Virus record (IMG/VR): IMGVR_UViG_3300031088_000759
From: a virus
Direction: 5' to 3' (one strand)
DNA: 64,000 nt
Of this stretch, positions 58,029-64,000 are shown one piece after another. Every line of letters starts with the position of its first letter. The stretch's first letter is position 1. The notes under the pieces were generated by a model. That model had not been told where the DNA came from, ran no database searches, and saw only the letters and a program-made list of their open reading frames with translations. The translations under genes and the position numbers were made by a program.

Positions 58029-58610
58029 TCAGTCGTCAAATTGCCCCAATCTGTTTTCGCCATAAGTACCAATTCTTGGAATCCATACTAAGGAAGAAGC
58101 CAAAGTGCAAAACATCACAGCATTCGAGATAAAATTATCAGAATCAAAAAAGTTTTCTACATTTGTCATAGAAATCCAACTTACAACATGAGTTGTTATC
58201 CAAGCGTTCAGCATTAATAATACTATATTGACAACAACGGCTAAGATAATTGTCACTATATCCGATTGCGCTATTTTGAAAACAAATTTTACAATATTCG
58301 CAAGATAAGTAGTGGCTGAACGCATTAAACCTAATACAAGCACTACGACAAGAACAGTAACCACCCAAACGGGAACACTACTTGTATTGATAAAGTCAGG
58401 TGCCCCCAAAGCACTTGCCCAGTTAATCAAAAAACTTGAAAGATGGTAAACACCAAAAGCTGCTATGATAAGGATAATAGCAACAGCAACAATAAAGATT
58501 GGTCCAAATTTCTTGAACTGTTGAGTAATTGGTATACTCTGATCCTTGATGCGTTGTGGTTCACTGCTCATTGAACGCTCATCGTGACTGTAAAAATTAG
58601 GCTTCATCAA
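58029..58610 (-). CDS. Membrane protein, about 4 TM segments
   Basis: Hydrophobic helices; GAAAGG SD. Confidence 0.72.
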   Translation of the reverse strand: MMKPNFYSHDERSMSSEPQRIKDQSIPITQQFKKFGPIFIVAVAIILIIAAFGVYHLSSFLINWASALGAPDFINTSSVPVWVVTVLVVVLVLGLMRSATTYLANIVKFVFKIAQSDIVTIILAVVVNIVLLMLNAWITTHVVSWISMTNVENFFDSDNFISNAVMFCTLASSLVWIPRIGTYGENRLGQFDD

Positions 58611-58674
58611 ATTGTTTTACCTTTCAAAAGTTTCAATAAGCTGAATATCGTGGTTTGTTTGATTTTTAAATGTT

Positions 58675-58726
58675 TTAATAAAAAATGGATCAAACTTTTG
58701 TATTAGTTTGATCCATTTTTTATTAA
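58675..58726 (-). terminator. Long-stem terminator
   Basis: Perfect 22-bp IR. Confidence 0.65.
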
Positions 58727-58733
58727 AGATTAG

Positions 58734-58853
58734 TCATTTTTTGTCAGAGTTATTACGCCCTGTTACATGTCTCCAAATAGCAAACCCAAATATACCAGCG
58801 ATAACTAGACCAAAAGCAACGTATCCCAAAATGGGAATTTCAACACCTGTCAT
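58734..58853 (-). CDS. Single-TM microprotein, 39 aa (not in ORF track)
   Basis: MTGVEIPILGYVAFGLVIAGIFGFAIWRHVTGRNNSDKK; AGGAG SD. Confidence 0.65.
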   Translation of the reverse strand: MTGVEIPILGYVAFGLVIAGIFGFAIWRHVTGRNNSDKK

Positions 58854-58909
58854 ACTTGACTCCTAAGAACGGGATTTATTTTACAAAGCATTAACAATAT
58901 CAGAAAAAG

Positions 58910-58953
58910 CTAAACGCGCTAATTGGCACATGGTACTCAATTAGCGCGTTTAG
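58910..58953 (-). terminator. Terminator-like hairpin
   Basis: Perfect 16-bp IR. Confidence 0.65.
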
Positions 58954-58966
58954 AACGAAAGTTTTA

Positions 58967-59380
58967 TCAAATCACCTTAGTGTTAATAAGTCGATCAATA
59001 TGAGCACTAGCCTCAGGAGTCATAAGCGTGTTGACGTTAAGCTTACGGATAGTGTCAAAGTTGACATATGTCATGGTAGCCTTCCCCTTCTCGCTAACAG
59101 TGAGCTGCTTGACATACATGGAACCCGTCTTAGAGCGGTACACTCGATACACCTGATTGTTGAGCTTGTGATAACCCACAATCTGGTTCCTAGCCGTCAC
59201 AATAGCGTTATTCTGGGGGAACTGAAGCATACCCTGAATATATCCGTCAGCAGCCTCAGTAGTGAAAAGACCATTGTTCCACATAGTGCGCATAGTCTCA
59301 ATAAGAGCAAGAGGAACATAGCGCTCAGACTGAAGAATGTTAATAAAATCAATCTGCTGCTTAGTAACCGTGTTAACCAT
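58967..59380 (-). CDS. Hypothetical phage-type protein, 137 aa, GC-rich gene
   Basis: Start MVNTVTKQQ with GGAGAG SD; VYRVYRSKTGSMYVKQL segment. Confidence 0.75.
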   Translation of the reverse strand: MVNTVTKQQIDFINILQSERYVPLALIETMRTMWNNGLFTTEAADGYIQGMLQFPQNNAIVTARNQIVGYHKLNNQVYRVYRSKTGSMYVKQLTVSEKGKATMTYVNFDTIRKLNVNTLMTPEASAHIDRLINTKVI

Positions 59381-59419
59381 GATGCTCTCCTTCTCGACTG
59401 TGTTTCTCTGTATGGCTAA

Positions 59420-59448
59420 ACTATACCAACAATTTTTGTTCTTGTCAA
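59420..59448 (-). promoter_or_regulatory. Sigma70/SigA-type promoter (divergent pair, left)
   Basis: TTGACA-N17-TATAGT with TG extension. Confidence 0.72.
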
Positions 59449-59536
59449 ACAGCATGTTAAAAATGCTTAGCTTGACCTTTAAAACATTGTAGTTGCTTTT
59501 TGTTTCGAGTAGTAACAAAAAAAGATAATGGAAGAT

Positions 59537-59565
59537 TTGACATAGTTTTTTAAAAATGATATAGT
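59537..59565 (+). promoter_or_regulatory. Sigma70/SigA-type promoter (divergent pair, right)
   Basis: TTGACA-N17-TATAGT with TG extension. Confidence 0.72.
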
Positions 59566-59613
59566 TCAACATAGTTAAACAGTAAACATAGTTTTCGAAA
59601 GGAACTAACTATT

Positions 59614-59790
59614 ATGGCTCGCAATTTTAATCGTCGTCAGGATGGCCGTAAAGTCCAGCGTAATCTCCATTCACTTCAAGGTCGATATGTTCGTGATCTA
59701 GATCTTGAAGATTATGAAGATTATGAGGATTATGAACCCTTTGACAATAACACTCCCCGACGATTCCAGCATAATACAGATGATGACTGA
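59614..59790 (+). CDS. Small protein, 58 aa, basic N-half and acidic C-half (not in ORF track)
   Basis: MARNFNRRQDGRKVQRNLHSLQGRYVRDLDLEDYEDYEDYEPFDNNTPRRFQHNTDDD; GAAAGGA SD. Confidence 0.7.
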   Translation: MARNFNRRQDGRKVQRNLHSLQGRYVRDLDLEDYEDYEDYEPFDNNTPRRFQHNTDDD

Positions 59791-59805
59791 TTTTGAATTA
59801 TCTTA

Positions 59806-59854
59806 AATAATAAAAAGCACAACAGTTTAAGAAGCTGTTGTGCTTTTTATTATT
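59806..59854 (+). terminator. Long-stem terminator
   Basis: Perfect 20-bp IR. Confidence 0.68.
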
Positions 59855-59938
59855 TTGGTGTTTTGTTAATTCTTACTGTGGTTTTAGAAAAACAAATAAA
59901 TGATATAGTATATTACGCAACTTATAGATAGGAATAAC

Positions 59939-60946
59939 ATGGATAATTACAAACCATTAGCTCCCGCTGACGAAACTTTAATTCAATTCTTGAAAATGGG
60001 ATCAGACTTAGTAAACCGAAGAAAAAATGCTCAACTAGAAATGACTTCAAGCCCTGAAAACCAGAACCTTCTACTTGATGACACTTTCTCTATTGGATCC
60101 ATCACTCTCAGAGCAAAAAACTATGTTAACCTATCAGGCTTTTATCGCACAGTTCTAGGTCTTGAAGTTCTATCAAATGACCGCAGTTCAACCACTCTTG
60201 GACGCGGATCTACCCCTCTTCTTCACATTAAAGATGGTCAAGTTCTTACAGACAGGAACAAACAAGCCCCAGGGTTATTCAACTTTGCTCTTCTATACCA
60301 GAACAGTTCAACATTAGCATCCGTACTTACCAGAGTTAATTATTATCATCCAGAACTGTTTCGAGGTGCCACTTATAACGGGGTATCCACTAACTTCTAT
60401 TTAGAAGACCCTGAAGGAAATGGGATAAAACTTTATGTTGACAAAAAACCTAGCTCTTGGAAATGGTTAGGCAACACAATTCAAGTTAACCCTCAGCCAA
60501 TAGACCAAACAGAATTTTTGAAATATCATTTTAACGAAACCATTGATGAGACATGGGATAAACAACCAGTAAAAGTAGGCCATGTACACTTACAAGTACC
60601 CAGCATGGCAAAAGCAAAAGAATTTTACAATGATTTATTCGGATTAAATACCACACTTGATCTACCTTCCGTGAACTTCTATTCATCCAACAATTATCAC
60701 CAGCACATTACAGTCAACACATGGAACAGTCGTGGAGTATCACCTGTTGTATCAAAAGGAGTTGAAGAAATTCAGATTCTTGTTTCCGAAAGCACTTACC
60801 TCAGTGCTCTTAAAAGAAAATTAGAAAATTCACCATTGAAAAGCTGGAACGACAAATCAGGAAGATTGCTCATCGTAGATCCTTCAACCCTGATAAGATT
60901 TGAAGTGAAGCTCATCTCAGCACCAAAAATAATCGTTCAAGACTGA
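59939..60946 (+). CDS. VOC/glyoxalase family protein (CatE-like, two domains)
   Basis: FYRTVLGL, GLFNFALL, FYLEDPEGNGIKLYVD, VGHVHLQV...AKEFY, YHQHITVNTWNS. Confidence 0.82.
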   Translation: MDNYKPLAPADETLIQFLKMGSDLVNRRKNAQLEMTSSPENQNLLLDDTFSIGSITLRAKNYVNLSGFYRTVLGLEVLSNDRSSTTLGRGSTPLLHIKDGQVLTDRNKQAPGLFNFALLYQNSSTLASVLTRVNYYHPELFRGATYNGVSTNFYLEDPEGNGIKLYVDKKPSSWKWLGNTIQVNPQPIDQTEFLKYHFNETIDETWDKQPVKVGHVHLQVPSMAKAKEFYNDLFGLNTTLDLPSVNFYSSNNYHQHITVNTWNSRGVSPVVSKGVEEIQILVSESTYLSALKRKLENSPLKSWNDKSGRLLIVDPSTLIRFEVKLISAPKIIVQD

Positions 60947-60955
60947 AAAAAAAGT

Positions 60956-60998
60956 AAAAAACACCATCTGCGAAGCAAAAAGGCAGATGGTGTTTTTT
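60956..60998. terminator. Bidirectional terminator
   Basis: Perfect 16-bp IR between convergent genes. Confidence 0.7.
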
Positions 60999-61788
60999 AT
61001 TCTTCAGGTTCTTCAAAATAAACATTACTATAATCTTTTTTAGAAGAAGTCAAAAATTGAGTTGGCTCTACGTTAACCTCATTGACCATAACTTCCCAGT
61101 GAAGATGACATCCGGTACTTCTTCCCGTGTTTCCTACTTTCCCGATAAACTGACCTTGTTTTACAATTTCACCTTCATTGACATGAATATTTGACAAATG
61201 ATAGTAACTAGTAGATAAGCTGTCCTCACCTCTTATTTGCGTATTTGTTTTTTCAAATCCTAAGTGATCAACAACGATAGCATTACCTGCTGTATCATTT
61301 TTCCATTCAGCCATTGAGACTTTTCCATCAGAAGGAGCAAACACATTAGTTCCGCATGTTGCACCATAGTCAACACCCGCATGAAGTTTTGACTCACCAG
61401 TTACAGGATGAATTCTATAACCATAATCTGAAGTTTGAACAGGATTTTTCAACGGATTAATAAGTCCATCAATATTGTTTGCTATATTCTTGTCTGCTTT
61501 ACCATTGTTAGCCTTATCTACTGATAATTTTTCAATTGGCTCAGGTAATTTTACTTTGGGAACAACAATCAATTTACCTGTATCAAATGTATTGACTTTA
61601 TCTGCTTTTCCCGGCTCAACTGAGGGGATTTGAACAGGAGAAGTTGACCCTAAATCTATTGTTGTAGAACTTTTTCCATCTTCTGCATAAGCAATACTAA
61701 CATTTGTCATAGTTGTTAATGCTATTAAAACCACGCTTATTGGTACATACATTTTGGCACAAAACCGATTTTTTCTTCTAACTATCAT
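60997..61788 (-). CDS. Secreted M23 family metallopeptidase
   Basis: Signal peptide; HPVTGESKLHAGVDYG, YYHLS, IGKVGNTGRSTGCHLHWEV. Confidence 0.88.
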   Translation of the reverse strand: MIVRRKNRFCAKMYVPISVVLIALTTMTNVSIAYAEDGKSSTTIDLGSTSPVQIPSVEPGKADKVNTFDTGKLIVVPKVKLPEPIEKLSVDKANNGKADKNIANNIDGLINPLKNPVQTSDYGYRIHPVTGESKLHAGVDYGATCGTNVFAPSDGKVSMAEWKNDTAGNAIVVDHLGFEKTNTQIRGEDSLSTSYYHLSNIHVNEGEIVKQGQFIGKVGNTGRSTGCHLHWEVMVNEVNVEPTQFLTSSKKDYSNVYFEEPEE

Positions 61789-61886
61789 CTTCTTAACCTA
61801 TCAAAAATTTCACAATTATATTCATAGGTTAATATCCCATAAAAACAAGGCAAAAACAATAATAATCGCATTTTTTATGAAGAAAC

Positions 61887-62999
61887 TCACTTATTTTTAG
61901 ATGACATTTCAATAGGTAATAAATCTTCAAATGCTTTCAAAGCAAACCCCTCACTAGTCAAAAACCTTATTACTGAAATCTTGCCATTATGACCAATTCG
62001 TTTTTTGTTTTTACATGCCTTACAATTATCGTCACAAGACATAGGTTCTACCATTTTTAACCCATCCATCTGCCATAAGTTCCAAGAAGCGATTTCAGAA
62101 ACTTCTAATATTAACTCATTGTTAGGCATTTCATTAAAAACATCCTCATAATATTCAATGAATGTATTAAGCATATTTAAACGGGCAAGTAGTAAGTTAT
62201 CTCCCTGCCATTCATAACCAAAAGTATTAACTAATGACAACATGGCATAATTAACCCATTGTTCCTTAGTCTTTTCATCAATTTCTTCAACAACTCTACC
62301 TGTTCTATCCTTTTTGAAATCTTTGAACACATTTTCATACACTACTCGCAATTTTCGGTCTAGTAACCCGATTCGAGAAAACTTTCCCTCATCATCACGA
62401 ACAGGAATACCTTTACCAGTAGTTGTATCATAAGGAGACATTAGATAAGGACCTTCACCGCAGGCTAATTCCAATCTTCGTTCTACAATATAATCCAACC
62501 ATGTATAATCTTTAGTGAAAGGAACTTTTCTCTTCGTAGAAGTCCAGCTTTTCTTATCTTCTGAAACTTTATTGAAAACATTAGGTTTCAACAAGTGATC
62601 ATCTATTAGATTGTTTTGAACATTACATACCCAGCTAGGAGTGAACACTTCAGCTTTATCCTTGACTCGCCTTTTCTGCTCAGCTTTGCTTTTGTCCACA
62701 CGCGGAACGATAATTGAAAGATCTTGAATAGGCTGTTTAAATCCATATTCATCACCACGTTCAGAATAATTATCAGTAGCCCAAATGACAGTAGTCTCAT
62801 ATGTTTGAACAGGAGAAGTAGTAAAGCTTGGAGTTTCATCTAACATGTCCATCAAACTACCTGAGTTGATTTCTTTGTTGCTAAGAAATTTTTTATCCAA
62901 AATCTCTTTTCTGTGTTGTTCAACATTTTTCAAATGACGAGACTGGATCAAAACATTCTTTACATCATTCGGCAAATTCTTTAACTCATAAGTAGTCAT
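61887..62999 (-). CDS. N-terminal (SAM-binding) half of an Eco57I-like methyltransferase ('restriction endonuclease subunit M'-like), no NPPY motif
   Basis: IWATDNY, KDKAEVFTPSWVCNVQNNLID, RLELACGEGPYL, RIGLLDRKLR, GYEWQGDNLLLAR, SWNLWQMDGLK. Confidence 0.75.
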   Translation of the reverse strand: MTTYELKNLPNDVKNVLIQSRHLKNVEQHRKEILDKKFLSNKEINSGSLMDMLDETPSFTTSPVQTYETTVIWATDNYSERGDEYGFKQPIQDLSIIVPRVDKSKAEQKRRVKDKAEVFTPSWVCNVQNNLIDDHLLKPNVFNKVSEDKKSWTSTKRKVPFTKDYTWLDYIVERRLELACGEGPYLMSPYDTTTGKGIPVRDDEGKFSRIGLLDRKLRVVYENVFKDFKKDRTGRVVEEIDEKTKEQWVNYAMLSLVNTFGYEWQGDNLLLARLNMLNTFIEYYEDVFNEMPNNELILEVSEIASWNLWQMDGLKMVEPMSCDDNCKACKNKKRIGHNGKISVIRFLTSEGFALKAFEDLLPIEMSSKNK

Positions 63000-63211
63000 A
63001 AAAGTCCTTAACAAATTATCTTTGACACAATATATCAATCTCTATTCTATCAAATCTCCACCAATAATTTCGTCAACAAGAAATACATCTAGTTCATTAA
63101 CAAAATCTTTAAAGAATTTGATGACTATAAGCTTGATTATTTAAAAATAACATGCTAAGATGGTCAAATCTATATTTCAAATAAACTTAGGAAATTTAAG
63201 AGGGAATTACA

Positions 63212-64000
63212 ATGAATAAAACTTTTTTATCTGTTGATGACAACATATCAACCTACCTTGTTTCAGAGGCACCTAGGCCCAGAATGTGGAGCTATACTTC
63301 TGGAGAATCTTCTGAAAATATTGATAAAACCCTAATTTATGTTGAACAACGTCCTTTACAACCACCTTATGATCAACTTCGTGATGAAGCTCTTGCCAAC
63401 GTTCAAGAAGAGATTGAAGAAGAAAATAAATCTTTCTTCACTAAGGTAAAAGAAGTTTTTCGAAGCAAAGACAAAAAAGACAGAATAAAAAAGGCAAAAT
63501 CTCTGTTATCTGAAAACAAAAACTTTATAAAAAATTTTGCTATAGGATGTGTCCCTTTAGCGGCTTTCGCTTTTATAATGCCACATTTCGTCTTTTCGCT
63601 GCCTCTTTTTGTTCTCCTGGGGGCACCTTTAATACCCTTAGCATATGCTTTCTTGGAACAGAATGCCTCAACAATAACTTTATATGAAACGAGAATAGAT
63701 AAGTACTATCAGAAAGAAGGTAAACCTTACTCTGTTCTCACTTCTGAAAGAGTGTCCAAAGAACAGGAAAGACTTCTTCAAAACTGGCTTAAAGAGAATC
63801 CTCAATCAAAAAATAAAAATGATTTCAAACAAGTAGAACATTCGATTTCCAAAAAGATACGTCATCATCACGATAAAATTTCAAAAACATTATGGATAAA
63901 ACTGTGTAAGAAAGTTATAGAAAAACACGATTTTGGTTTAGATTACAAAAAAACTATAACCGCTTTAAAAAAGATTAATTCAGATTCCCCTTTTTACAAT
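63212..64000 (+). CDS. Membrane protein (2 TM segments), runs off the window end
   Basis: ATG at 63212 after AGAGGG; the frame appears open to the window end; hydrophobic FAIGCVPLAAFAFIMPHFVFSLPLFVLLGAPLIPLAYAF. Confidence 0.65.
   Translation, partial: MNKTFLSVDDNISTYLVSEAPRPRMWSYTSGESSENIDKTLIYVEQRPLQPPYDQLRDEALANVQEEIEEENKSFFTKVKEVFRSKDKKDRIKKAKSLLSENKNFIKNFAIGCVPLAAFAFIMPHFVFSLPLFVLLGAPLIPLAYAFLEQNASTITLYETRIDKYYQKEGKPYSVLTSERVSKEQERLLQNWLKENPQSKNKNDFKQVEHSISKKIRHHHDKISKTLWIKLCKKVIEKHDFGLDYKKTITALKKINSDSPFYN

Noticed and set aside
59000-59419. 139-aa plus-strand ORF antisense to 58967..59380
   Set aside because: Same-register shadow with no SD; the minus gene has SD, promoter and terminator.
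59706-59735. 9-bp tandem repeat gaagattat x3
   Set aside because: Simply encodes EDY x3 in a small protein; too short to imply a separate element.
1-64000. tRNA/rRNA genes and stop-codon reassignment
   Set aside because: No cloverleaf or T-loop signatures were seen by eye (tRNAscan not run). Genes are long and densely packed under the standard code, with TAA, TGA and TAG all used as stops.

Overview
AT-rich (roughly 30-33% GC by eye), densely coding, mostly minus-strand accessory region of a large mobile replicon, most likely a jumbo phage or megaplasmid of an actinobacterial host. Host clues are RpfB, a Rip1/RseP-like M50 protease, an actinobacterial-type PTH2-like protein, NrdI, ClpB and GAAAGG/AAGGAG ribosome-binding sites. 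No virion, replication, rRNA, tRNA or CRISPR genes were recognised, so phage versus plasmid cannot be settled here. Main finding: 12 minus-strand genes start with the same ~45-aa module, [YFW]H-x8-10-C-x5-7-C-x5-11-H[YF]xxxxEAxxA[YF]E, a putative Zn-binding 'HCCH' module that I cannot assign to a named family. In 11 genes it is fused to unrelated cargo: ParB/Srx, PD-(D/E)xK-like nuclease, HEXXH peptidase, SAM-fold protein, zeta-toxin kinase, HAD phosphatase, Fic, helical repeats and three unknowns. The twelfth is a cargo-free 46-aa copy missed by the ORF track. Seven members are consecutive genes at 31.3-38.4 kb, and adjacent pairs share recently related modules. Other observations: a second paralog family sharing a C-terminal [ILV]P[FWI]x[LMY]xxN motif; an apparently split Eco57I-like DNA methyltransferase, with one SAM-binding half and two NPPY/TRD halves about 41 kb away; three zinc-ribbon-repeat endonucleases; a four-copy conserved intergenic hairpin element; a DnaA-box cluster; a hairpin occluding the SD of the nuclease-cargo gene; single-gene GC-rich islands behind consensus sigma70 promoters; and a stress/envelope auxiliary gene set. 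Domain calls come from motif recognition only; no searches were run.
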